Assembly (NCBI RefSeq): GCF_052425735.1
Contig: NC_135759.1
Coordinates: 45,446,001 to 45,510,000, forward strand
Direction: 5' to 3'
Source of the DNA: Oculina patagonica
Taxonomy: Eukaryota
Length of the DNA: 64,000 nt
The notes beneath the pieces are model-generated. The model searched no databases. It was not told where the DNA came from and saw nothing but the letters and a program-made list of their open reading frames with translations. Of this stretch, positions 37,888 through 50,176 are shown in pieces (within the stretch, counting starts at the first letter, position 1; the number at the start of each line of letters is the position of its first letter). Both the position numbers and the translations under genes were made by a program.

Positions 37888-40014
37888 GATGTTGGATAAC
37901 GGATATTTCACTTCAATATGAGGTACACTTTCTTCGTCACAAGTTTATAAGTTTGCTTACATGGTTTACGGTGCCAATATCAACTATTCACTATATTCCT
38001 GTATCTCATATGCATAATTATTTGTACTCGACAGGAAACTGTATCGAAGTCGCAATTCACTAACTCGTGACTTATAAAACATCCAAGCTTAGTTAACCAA
38101 AGCCCTGGTTCTGCTTTGACTGATTTTAGCCTTAAGATTCTCTCTCTCTCAGTTTTTAACATCATAGTTTGTCTCCCTCGTAGTGCACGTGCTTGCAGTA
38201 TGTAGCCACAAGCCAGTAATAGTACTTTGTTTGTCAAGCTCTCAAAATATTTTGTTTGATGTTGGTTGGCAAGTCAACAAAACATTTTCGTCATCCAAGG
38301 CTATTGTAGTCAATAAAGCGTGAAATGAAAACGAAATACTTTTTCTGTTAATGGATCTTAGAAAATCTCTTTAAATCTAAGCAAAAAGCATTCTCGCAGT
38401 GTTTTATTACCGTAACACATAAGCTAAACTTTTCTCTGTTTCTATCAACTGAAAAAGAGGAATACATGCCCTCAGGCTGTTATATGCTTGAGTTAAAACA
38501 GGAAGCTATTATGCTTTGGGGCACTTTCAAGAAGAGCTCACCTTAAATTTAGCATTTCGTAAATCCTTGTTTTATCGGAGCTTTGTACGTGTTCTGCCTT
38601 TACCCTGCGTGAGCTTGTAACGTCGTAACCTCCTAACCGTTATGAGCTGTGACCTAACGGTCAGTGCTCCGGGATGCGAATCGAGCGGCCCAGGTTCGAG
38701 CCTTGACCGGGCCACTGCGTTGTGTTCTTAGGCAAGACACTTTACTCTCATAGTGCCTCTCTCCACCCAGGCCTATAAATGGATACCGGAGAATTTACTG
38801 ATGATGGGCACCCTGCGATGGACTAGTTTTAATACTCCTAGGCGGTTTATGCTACAGAAACCGGGATAAAATCCGGACTGACGAGCAACTTGGATCGACA
38901 GCAGGCTTAACCTTATTTTAACAGGCCGTCCGTCCTTTTCGCGTTTTTTACTTCTTGTTCGACGTTCACTGAATGAGTACCACACACACTGAGAGGTACT
39001 TCTGTAGTCTACTGCGAAAAACAAGAATTTTTCTATCATACTTCAGTAGTTAAATACCCTCATAAAGAGAGTTTTAATGAAGCTGAGTTATTACAAGATT
39101 ACCAAAGACCATAGTATCAGTTGAGCTTAACTTTAGACGTGCAATTTGGTCATAACGAGCAAGGAACATATAAACCCTAGCTATGACTTAAAACTTCGTA
39201 TTTTTCTATTGTCAACAGCTTTTAAAAACTCAAGCTATAACGTATTTTTAACCGGTAACGTTTGGTTATTATTAACTTGAAGTTAATAAACTCAGGTAAC
39301 TAACCTCCGTAATCAACTTGGAAAGTTTACGTTGTCAGCGCTAGTTCTTCGTCAGAGATAGAAACGCGAAGGGCCAACACACGAAACGTCAGCTCTTCAA
39401 AATTCGCTACAATGTTTAGTTTTAAAATATTTATCAATTTCAACTAGCTAACTGCCGGGCAACATTTTCTTTAGAAAATAATAACTTCAAACATGCAATT
39501 TTACTATTAATAGTTTTCAACCGATCTACATGAACGCATTTGTACTGTTAGCTGTTCAGTGCAAATCAAATCTCGTCCCCACAGCCCGCTACTTTTGCCT
39601 GCTATTATTCTTGTCTTTTATTTGTTTAACCAGCCAATGAGATTTGAGGAAAAATAGGGTCTGGACAGAGCTTGGGATTGTTGAGCTGGCAAAAAGAATC
39701 GCGGACTTTGACAAGAATAGTGCTTGTTAACAATAACCTTAACTCAAATATATAATTACGCTTGTCTTAACAGTTAGCTGTGTTTCAGATTCGTCGCCAG
39801 ACCCTGCTCTGTTTCACATCAGCACCAGGAACGCGGGCATCTGAGCGAGTCCGATTTTAAAGTTCATGACTCGCCGACTTCCGGTCGTTGTGTTCGCAGA
39901 CTCGGAGTTAATTCCACAAATGGATAATAAGTACTCTGCGCATGCTTTAAAAAGGGTCCACGTTCTTGGTCCAAAAAGAAAAGCGGGCTCCGGGCACGAG
40001 ATTGTTGCACAAAA

Positions 40015-40191
40015 CTAACATAAAACAGCAATAAAAGCGCACGTCAACAGTATAACGCTGCTGACCAATGGAACATTAGCTTTACTGTTATTTTTTCTTG
40101 TGCTGTTCTTGTTCTTGTTGTCGTTGTTGTTGTTATTATTGTTTCTGTTGTTGTTGTTATTATTGTTGTCGTTATTATTGTTTTTGTTGTT
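40015..40191 (-). pseudogene. Severed poly-Asn plus GPI-signal tail of Ly6 gene B
   Basis: Encodes NNKNNNND...NSKANVPLVSSVILLTCAFIAVLC*, paralogous to the gene A tail. It is in frame with exon 3 if the 40189-42493 insertion is removed, leaving one GTT. Confidence 0.85.
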
Positions 40192-42493
40192 TACCATTCT
40201 CACTCATTAATTATGCCGCTCATTGTCCGGCGTGGATAAGATATGGGAAAAGATTGTGGCCGAGGCAATGAGCGACTGGGTGAGAAAGCACTATAGCTGT
40301 GTATTACGTCGCCGAAGGGGAGGTGGGAGGGTCGAAAATTTGTTCGGACTTCCCGGCTTGCGTATCTCTTTCGAAATGTCCCGAAACTAAGCAAAGAGAT
40401 CTTTAAATACCGCGATTGTGCACATGCTGATTAGGCATTACATAATACAACTATCTATAAACAAACAGGGTTATGTAATCCACGCACTTGTGAATTCCGC
40501 GTCATAATTATGAATGAGAATAGTTTACCATTCTCACTCATTAATTATGCCGGTCATTGTCCGGCGTGGATAAGATATGGGAAAAGATTGTGGCCTACGG
40601 CTGCTCACGCACCTTGCTGCTTCAGTATAAACACCAAAAGACCTCCGCATTTACAGGAAATAATCCACAAAATACGCCTTCTCCCCAAAACTCAGAAAAC
40701 CCCTCAAACCCCAACCGGTATATCCAACCACGAGAGAGGCCCAACCCAGCTAGTGGGGTTACTTCCCTATACCATATCATAGCATGTATTTAGATCGTGG
40801 CTTATAATGAGAGTGAAGTTAAGAGTAAAGAAAACACCAAGACCTAAGGCGGACAGAATAACACCAGTGATGTCTGCCGAGAAAGGAAAACGTAAGACAA
40901 AAACGAAAAAAAGAACAAAAGGGAAAAACCCCACTAGCCAAGCCGGACCAGGAATCCGTCGAGGGTAAACAAAGTGGTGATGATGGTCGTAAACGGATTA
41001 TAGGGTGTAAATTAGAATGCCCTTCTGATCGCGACAAGGCCAGTGGAGGGGGTGGACTGACTTTTTATTATTTTAAAATGACATAATATTTTGAATTGTT
41101 AAAATTCTAGCTAGGGGAGAAGTAAAGGATAAACATAACTCCCGTATAACCCAGGTTGTAGCGTCTAAACGTGGATAAAATGCTTAACTCCGTGGATAAA
41201 AACGGCCGACCGGCGAGCTTTTAATAATTACAAACTAAACCTACAGAAATATACAATTGTCTATTTAAAGTTCCGCACTGGGATGTGTTAGGTAACAAAC
41301 CTTACGTTAGCCCAACGTGTTAACACTTTAACCTAAACTCATTAACACTCAAACAGCAGTAAGCTCTTAAAGAAAAGTCCACACAACTACTGTATTTTTC
41401 TTGACATGAAAGCTTATCAATTCCAGACCGATAAACCATAACAAAGCACCTAACACACCAACACTTAAAAGGACCGACACATGACTGTTGCCAAATACCC
41501 TCGATACCCAATTCAAACTTTAAACAAAGACGACGCATGGCTCTTGCCAACTTAGCTCGACACACGAGCACACTTGAGACCAAAACCGTAACACGTCGTG
41601 AAACAAATTGTGCTCAACAAAGGAGCGAACATAGCTATAGCCGACACACGGCATGTTCCAATTTCTACTCGACACACGAGCGAACGTTTTAGCTACAACC
41701 AACAGACAGCATCTGCCAATTTCTGCTCGACATACGAGCGAACGTTTTACCTATAACAGCCGACACACGGCGTCTGCCAATCTCTGCTCGACACACGAGC
41801 GACGGAACGTTTTAGCTATTACAGCCGACACACGGCGTCTGCCAATCTCTGCTCGACACACGAGCGACGGAACGTTTTAGCTATTACAGCCGACAAACGG
41901 CATCTGCCAATTTCTGCTCGATACACGAGCGAACGTAAGCTACTACAGCCAACACACGGCGTCTGCCAATCTTTGCTCGACACACGAGCGAACGTAAGCT
42001 ACTAAAGCCGTAATAAACGGGGTCCGCTAATAAATTGCCATAAACAGAACTAGATATAAAGCACACTACGCGATAAACAAACGAGATAGCAAGCAAAAAA
42101 GAAAGCATATAAATGTTTTAAAATACCGAGTAATTGTTGTATACGTTGTCCCGCTTCTCCGGAATGCTGTGGAACTGGAAAAGCGGCAGAGACTGGATAT
42201 AAGCTGAAATACAGTGTAAGTCCTGTAGTTTTTATAGCAGCAGCAGGGTAGGTACAGCCATTTACTTGCTTGGGCTTCGGCGACGTACGGCGAGAGTATA
42301 AGAAAATTCGTCCGGACTTCCCGGCTTGCGTATCTCTTTCGAAATGTCCCGAAACTAAGCAAAGAGATCTTTAAATACCGCGATTGTGCACATGCTGATT
42401 AGGCATTACATAATACAACTATCTATAAACAAACAGGGTTATGTAATCCACGCACTTGTGAATTCCGCGTCATAATTATGAATGAGAATAGTT
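40189..42493 (-). mobile_element. Non-autonomous element with split direct repeats and an att-like junction (tyrosine-recombinase type: Ngaro/PAT-like, or a tandem Crypton-like pair)
   Basis: A 73-bp repeat at 40189-40261 and 40523-40595 (1 mismatch) and a 192-bp repeat at 40334-40525 and 42302-42493 (2 mismatches). Only GTT is shared with the host at both ends, and there is no long ORF. Confidence 0.8.
41553..42000. repeat. Tandem array of about 60-65 bp units inside the split-repeat element
   Basis: About 7 units of ACAGCCGACACACGGCGTCTGCCAATCTCTGCTCGACACACGAGCG...AACGTTTTAGCTA. Confidence 0.85.
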
Positions 42494-44728
42494 GTTGTAT
42501 TTATTATTGCACAAATCACCAGTGCAGCAGTGTAGGTCGCACGTGGTATTTGTTAATGTGGGATCGTAGAGCTTACAGTAATCTGGATGGCATAACTCTG
42601 TATGAACGCAACCTTTGACATATATTTTAACTGGCTGGCCGCCTCTTTTTCCCTCTAAAAAGGCTTCAGCGCAACTGTCTTGTTGACTGTAAGGACAAAT
42701 TATCTCTGTTTTGTTGTTTTCACAATCGTCCCAACTCTTTTCAGAGGAGCACATGTAGCACTTGTTCGGCTGAGGAGTGGGGCCATCTCCTGCGAGACAG
42801 GAAAACAACAAACAAACAGCAGTGTTATAGCACTAACGTACTCAATGCCACGCAGCGCGGCGCAAACAGGAGTGACCACGTGCTCTGGGGTCTTGAAATG
42901 CTACTTTTCGTCTTCGCCTGAGCAAAATAAAAGACTATTTGCCTGGCTTGAATGTCGAACGTTAGCCTTCTCGCAAGTTCCTGTTTGAATCCTTCGATCT
43001 TTGTAGAGGTCAAGCTCCTTAACTACCCTAATTAATTATTCTCCTCCTCCCTCTAATTTTATGTTTTAACTGGCAAATAAAATATAGCAGAATTTACATT
43101 CGGAACTGAGCAACATTAAAGGGACACTATCACGGGGATTTTTCTGCTTTTCAGTAAAAAAAGTTCTAAAATTTGCGAAGTACTCTCGCTCGTACAAGAA
43201 ACGCGCCTAGAACATCAAGATGAAGATAAAAAAAATTGGTCTAAATTGTTGCTGAAGAAAGTTTTGAGCTGTTTTTCCAGGTCACTAGCAGAACTTGAAA
43301 AAGTCAGCCTTACTTTTTCAAGTTGAGATCTAAGTTCCTGATGGCATTACAATAACATCAATACTGGACCACTTTTTATAGGTTTCCATACATCTGTAGG
43401 CTCTTGTGTCCCTTTAAATTGGAGAATAGGAAGTGGCAAAATATTCAGAAAACAACGAATTTGGGCTCTTAGTGCCAGTAACAACAGTCCGAAATTGTGA
43501 ACTAAATAACAATATTCTGTACCTACCGCTATTACAGGAATCGCTTTTGCAGCAATTGAATGAACAATTTCCATTTGTAGTACTGCATGCGCCTTCTGAT
43601 CTGTTGCAAATTGCCTGGTCCGCACAGCTTTTACTGTTCGCTGTACCTATGCCGTTTCCAGTTTTGTAAGTAATGAAGAGTGTAAGACACTGATCATACT
43701 CAGGAACACATGTGTGTAGCTTTTGTTGCTGTTCACAGTCTTCTGCACTTTCAAGGCTGCTACAAGTGTAACAATTGAGTCCAAAAGCTGCAGTAAACAG
43801 GAATAGCAAAGGACATTACTGGCTGAATTAATAAACTGGTTTAATTCTACTTTGGAGCCGTAACAAGATCTTGCACTCACTCATTGTTCTGCACTTATAA
43901 ACAGCGTGATCAAACCTGATTCCACGTACGATCGCTACAAGTCTAGCACTGACTTAGACTAAACAGACAGCACGTAAAGGAAATTGCGCGCACATTATTT
44001 TATTCACACGAGTGCATAGGATATCATATGATCTAACGAATTTCATAGCATCAGAAAGCCGAATGAAACGTCGATCTTGTATGACGCAGAATGACAGTGA
44101 AAATTCATTTTTCTTTCCCTAAAGTAACCTTTCCTGTCGTATCAAAATTGAAACAAACATCTGTCGAGGCCGAAGAGTTTCTTTAGCTTTACTTTAACAC
44201 CTTTCCTTTTCTGGTTTACAGTCCCTTATAAGGTTATCGGGTTCTGCCGCAAAGGTAATTTTGTTTCGTCGTTTTGGTTTTAAGTTCATGTCTAAATAAA
44301 CTGCTTATAAACAAGATGAGATTGACTAACTGAAGTCATTTATTCACTACTGAACGCACTGAAGTGAATTTCCGACGCAATTGAGTTGTTTTCAATATGC
44401 ATCCGCTTACATACACAATCGCAACATTTGTGAAGCTTGGGTGATCGACTTGCTTTCTGTTTTCTTATATACAAGTACAAGAAATGATATAGCAATTTTC
44501 GTTTTCGACATTTCGATCGAGGACAACTTCCCATCTTGCTTCAATTTGATACGACATAATCCTGTTTCGCGCGAAATCTTGCGTAGAATTCTGAGGATGC
44601 AGTGTGTTAGCTATAAAAAAATGCCTTTATGTCTGTACTCATGATCATTTATAAATAAAAATAGAAAAATACTTACAGGCTGTAGCCATGCAAAGTGTCA
44701 GAACACAGATTGCCAAGAAGTTGCTCAT
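42476..44728 (-). CDS. Ly6/uPAR protein B, a tandem duplicate of A with exon 3 interrupted by an insertion (exons 44728-44677, 43787-43527, 42789-42476)
   Basis: Same exon structure as A and a near-identical protein. The frame runs CCTGDLCNNKYNN into the inserted element and stops at YSHS*. Confidence 0.82.
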
Positions 44729-46417
44729 GATATTGGATAACGATGTATCACTTTCAATGTGAGGAACACTTTCTTTGTCACAAGTTTATAAGTTTGCTTG
44801 CATGGCTTTCGGTGCCAATATCAACCATTTAATGTATTCCTGTATCTCTTATGCATAATTATTTGTACTCAACAGGAAACTGTATCAAAGTCGCAATTTA
44901 CTGACTCGTGACTTACAAAACATTCAAGTTCATATAACCAAAGCCCTGTTTCTTCCTTGAATGCTCTTGGCTTTAAAATTCTCTCTCTTTTTTAACATTA
45001 TAGTCCGTCTCCCTCTAAGTGCACGTGCTTGCGGTAAGTGGCCACAAGCCAGTAATATTACATTGTCTGTAAAGTTTGGTTGGCAAGTCAACAAAACGTT
45101 TCCGTCATCCAAGGCTATTGTAGTTAATAAAACGTGTTGTAAAACACGAAATACTATTTCTGTTAATGTCGATGTTAATGGATCTTAGAAAACGTCTATA
45201 AAACTTAGTAAAAAGCATTATCGCAGTGTTTTGTTCCCCTAACACATAAGCTAAGCTTTTCTCCGATTTTATCAACTGAAAAATAGTTATACATGCCCTC
45301 AGGCTGTTATATGCTTGAATAAAAACAGGAAGCTATTATGCTTTGGGGCACTTTCAAGAAGAGCTCACCTTAAATTTAGCATTTCGTAAAATCCTGGTTT
45401 TATCGAAGCTTTGTTCGTGTTCTGCCTTTACCCTGCGTTAGCTTGTAACGTCGGTAACATAGCGTGGCCTATTGCTTTTAGCCTGCTCCGAGCTGCGAAT
45501 CGAGCTGTCCGGGTTCGAGCCCTGGCCGGGGTCACTGTGTTATGTTCTCTTTGAAAAACGCCTTACTCTTACAGTGCCTGTCTCCACCAAGGTGTATAAA
45601 AGGGTACCGGCGAATTTACTGCTGGGGTAAACCTGCGATAGACTAGCATCCCATTCTATCCATTAATACTCCTAGGCGCTTTATGCTACAGAAACCGGAT
45701 AAAATCCGGCCTGACGAGCAACTTGGATCGACAGCAGGCTTTACCTTATTTTTACAGGCCGTCCGCTTGCCTTTCCTGCCGACCTTTTTCACATCTTGTT
45801 CGACGTTCACTGAATGAGTATGAAGAGGCACTCCTGTAGTCTACTGCTAAAAATACGAACTTTTTCTCAACATTTAAGCTTTAATCACACTTCAGTATTG
45901 AACTACCTTCATAAGGAGTATTTTAATGAAGCTGATTTATCACAACAATACCAAAGACCATAGTATCAGTTGAGCTTAACTTTAGATGTGCAAGTTAGTT
46001 ATAACGAGCATGACTTAAAACCTCAGTTGCATTTTCTATTGTCAGCAGCTTTTAAAAACTCAAGCTATAACGTATTTTTAACGGGTAACTTTGAAAATAT
46101 TATTAACTTGAAGTTTGTGAACTAAGGTAAATTAACCTCCGTAATCAACTTGGAAAGTTTACGATGCGTTAGTCACACATGAGGGTCACATATGAGACGT
46201 CAGCTCTTTCAAATTCGCTACAATGGTTAATTTTAATATGTTTTTCAACTTCAATTAGTGGCTTCGTAAATGCAATTTTACTATAGTTTTTGACAGATAT
46301 ACATGAACGCATTTTGTACTGTTAGCTGTTGCAAATCAAATCTCGTCACCAGAGTCTGCTACTCTTCGTGCTCGATACCAACATTACAAACTCTGGCTAC
46401 TCTTGTCTTTTATTTGT

Positions 46418-47733
46418 TTAACCAGCCAATGAGATTTGAGGGAAAATAGGGTCTGGACAGAGCTTGTAATTTTTGAGCTGACAAAAAGAATCGCAGACTT
46501 TAGGGACAAGACAAGAAGTTTCACTAAGCTTCAGTAGACAGTGCAATAGCTTCACAGAGTTAACGAAGAAAAGCTGGCTAGATTCGATGTTACCAATTTT
46601 GATGGTAATGAATGATGAACGGCAGCGGTCTTTACTAAAAGGACAACTCACAAGCTTTTGTCGTTCTACGCACTCTTGTGCACTTTCTGTGCTGTTACAA
46701 GTATAGCAGTCGATTCCATAAGCTGCAATAAAGAGTAGAAGTACCAGTTATACTGAGCTCGTTATTGTCATTATATCATTTCAGGAGTGCTTTTTTGACT
46801 TGTTAGTATAAAGGAAATGTTTCCGAATTATAATATTATTATAAATGACCTTTGTATGCTGGCGTTCATTCGCGACCCAGGGGCTGTGATTTTATTGCCC
46901 GCCACCAAGAATCACAAGGTCAGAAACGCTTGCGCTAAGAACTTGTTTTCTTTTACCATCGATTCGAGTAGAACAATTTCAAGGGCGAGTTAATTTTTAT
47001 AAGAGGAATTCGACATGTGAATTAAACCCGTATGTTGCAGTTCTCACGATGTATTTTTCTTCACTTCACCGTTTATCAGCAGGAAAAATGCACGTGTTTT
47101 GTTATAACGTAAAAAGGTGCAAAGAATTTCGTTTTTGCACCGATGGTATTTCACTGTCGAAGTTTGTGATGTAAATTGGACATTGTTGGAAGCGCGACAG
47201 TTTTTCCGACAAAATATATATTTATTATTCTTTTGGAAAAAACTCCTACTCTATCTGATTCCAGCGGGTAATTTTCCGTACGAGAAATGAAATAGGATAA
47301 ATGATAATCCGTTTGATTTTTGTAGCTTTGGTTGGTATCAATTCTAGCGTAAGACTATTCGTTACAAGATCAGTTTTTTAGATCAGCTTTGAAGATTTTT
47401 TTACCGTGGATCTGGGGCTATTTTGGGTTGCTTTTGTCGTTTAGTTTCATCATTTAAGGTTGTTTTAATAAGCTCGTGCAAATCGAATGTTTATAAACAG
47501 ATGAAATCCCATATAACTGAACCTCAGTAGAACGATGCAATGTACGCAAGTGGTTTTCCGCCTGGCCCTTTCGACAGCTTCCCATATTAATCCAGCTACC
47601 TTGATCATAAGTATATTACCGCTGTGGTGCTGATTTTCGATTTATTGGTAATCGTAAATATAGTAACACCGGAGTAACACTTACCTGTGGTCATGCAGAG
47701 CATCATAACAGAGACTGCCAAGAGTTGAGTCAT
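46418..47733 (-). pseudogene. Ly6/uPAR gene C, internally deleted (signal exon 47733-47685; exon 2 from 46722)
   Basis: MTQLLAVSVMMLCMTT-AYGIDCYTCNSTESAQECVERQKLVSCPFSKDRC... retains only the first five domain Cys. It then jumps to gcttttcttcgttaa, the AFLR* end seen in gene D, out of frame. Confidence 0.7.
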
Positions 47734-48406
47734 GTTGCTGGATAAAATACTACGCTGTAATGTGAGGTATAATTTCCGCGTCACAAGTTTATAGCTAGTT
47801 GGCGCTGTCAATATCAGGCAATCCACCTCGGCATCTTTATATTGAGCCTGTATTTATTTGCATTCAACAAGGAACTGAATCAAAATTTCATGTTAATATC
47901 TGTTAAGTAAAATTTGCGTCTAAAAACTTTTAAACATCCAAACTTTAACAACCAAGGCCGTAAGTCTGTTAAATTTGTAAGATTTTTTCTATTTTAGACA
48001 TCAATCCACTTTCTTCAAGCGTACGTGCTGGCACTCCAGTTGCCACTAGTCAGTAAAAGTACATAAACGTCATTATAATTAGTTGTTTAATTAACTATAA
48101 ACCACTTGGTATCAGCTGAAGAGTCAATTTCCGTCAAGAAAGCGTTTCTGTGTCCTCAGCTACGTTGCTGTAGTTGAAGCGTAAAGTTGCCACTGAATTA
48201 TGTTTTGGGTATACGGTATACGGGGGGGGGGGGGGGGGGATTTTAAATTGGGTATACAGTATTTTAATGCTAAAACTGGGCCTTTATGGGTATAAAGTAT
48301 ACTATGTTTTTCCAAATTTTGTGTTATGAAGCTGCTATAAAATAGTAAAAAATCAATTCCCATCGTCCGGGCGTAATGAACAGTCACCATAATTAATTAT
48401 CTTAAA

Positions 48407-48513
48407 CTAAAAAGTTTTGTTTTTTTCTTTCGTTTGTATCCTGTTAAACATCGAACTGCATTTGTTAGCACAAAACCCAATATTGCAACAAATGTAGCAC
48501 GCCAGTCCAAAAG
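48407..48513 (-). pseudogene. Ly6 exon-2 relic
   Basis: Acceptor ttgcag followed by (A)FGLACYICC, with intron flank similar to genes A and B. It degenerates and stops after about 35 codons. Confidence 0.55.
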
Positions 48514-49611
48514 CTGCAATAATTAGTATCAGCAACATTACGTGTTTAATTGCTACTTTTGAGCCATTTTGAGCCGTAGCTAGGCAGTCACACAGTTAAA
48601 GAAATCTTGACTTTGCTCAATCCCGGGCTACGTGTTTGCATATGTTTCTTATATTCACTACCCACCCACCCCCGAAGGGATGCCAATCCATCGCAGAGTT
48701 CCCTTCGCCCGCATTAAATTTACTCGCACCAGAGACTGAAAAAGTTTTTTTATAAAGCACTTGATGGCCGTGTTTTTGTCGGTTTGTGGGCTTCTCGGGT
48801 TCAGTGATTTGCTAAGAAAGATTTCTCGCGGGTCAAAAAGCACCTAAGAGGCCAAATGTTTTGCTAGACAGTATGGCGCTAAGATGTAATTATCGCCCGA
48901 AGCTGGATCCTTCTTGGGGTTACCGGTGGAAAAAGGCACGCAACTAGGCTTCGGCTTTTTTAGCAAGAAACCTGAAACCTACTTTGACCAGTATCATCAT
49001 GGAATTATACTCGCGTCAGGTCTGGCGCTTTTACTCCCTTAAATATGCTTTGGTAAAAAGGAGAAATGAATTACTTAGGACACACTCCCTCCACTATTAG
49101 CTCTTAGTCCATTTTCTCATTGCCTTCCCTGCTCCTTTTGGAAACCCAAATATCAAACGCCTAACAGGGAGACGCTGAGCTGAAGTAAGGTAGCCGGTGG
49201 TTTCATAGTCAGTAGCCCTCTGTCTTATGTTCGAGTTTTGAAGGCTGAATTTGTTTATTTTTGCTATTTCATTATTTGTTTGGTTAGAAGGTAAGGGAGT
49301 ATATGTGATTAGTAAAAATTGATCACATCACCGCACCCTCAGTCCCTTGGACAAACTACGTATCTCTTTAATTACATCTGGTCGTGTGTTTTTTAATCAG
49401 TAACGGCCAAAGTCTTGCCATTTTATTGAATATATTGCAATTTTTTTTATAATACAACCTTCTCATTTTAAGCAAAGTGAAATAAATAAAATCTGGCCAG
49501 AACACAGCAATCACAAAGCATTAAAACTTTTTCAAAGTCTACACTTGTTGACTTTCATTGTGGGATCGTAAGGCTTGCATGAAGAAGATTTATGAGCATT
49601 TCCTGACGCCG

Positions 49612-49695
49612 CTGAAAGGTGCAACCTTTAGTGTACATTGAGACTGATGCTTTTCCACTTTTATTTCTACAAGGGCTTTGCCAGAGGGATCTACG
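49612..49695 (-). pseudogene. Ly6 mid-domain relic related to gene D
   Basis: KSGKASVSMYTKGC versus KSGETSVSLYVKGC in gene D, with clear nucleotide similarity to 50290-50360. Confidence 0.6.
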
Positions 49696-50176
49696 GCAGA
49701 TAAAAAGGTAAGGTCTTTTTAAATCATTGGAAAAGTTAACCATGGTTTGGTTGTGGATAAAGCAACTGAAGATCTAATTGTAACTTACGTGGGTTAATTG
49801 TATGTGATGTGCAATTTTCCCCTTAAAAATTAGTCTCAAAGAATATACTGAACCTTAGGTATGAAGTGTCAATAATGGAAAGAGCAGCCTCTCTTGAACA
49901 AAAACTAATAGGACAAAACGACTTTAGTTTAGCTGGTTTATTTCAGAAATATCACTTAAGCTTACATTGACTAGAAGTAGCTCCTGCTTTAAAAAACTCA
50001 GTAAATGTGGCACAAATTATGTTTAAGGCGGTAACTTAATCCTTGCTAGTTTCTACTGAAGTACACATTTTGTACTGTTATCTGTTGAATAACTTCGTAA
50101 CCTTAACGAAGAAATGCCACAAGAGCGCATGCCAAGAGCATGATGACGCTGAGTCGCTGACCATTGCTACTTTGGC

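Larger units (their letters stand above)
35540..46500. repeat. Tandem segmental duplication carrying Ly6 genes A and B (about 35540-39710 and 39876-46500)
   Basis: Collinear similarity from the shared 3' flank (gacttccggtcgttgtg) through introns, promoter and a SINE to the shared ttaaccagccaatgagatttgagg...aaaaagaatcgc block. Confidence 0.85.

Noticed and set aside
40189-42493. Conventional LTR retrotransposon or TRIM
   Set aside because: The repeats are split rather than terminal, with no TG...CA ends and no 4-6 bp TSD.
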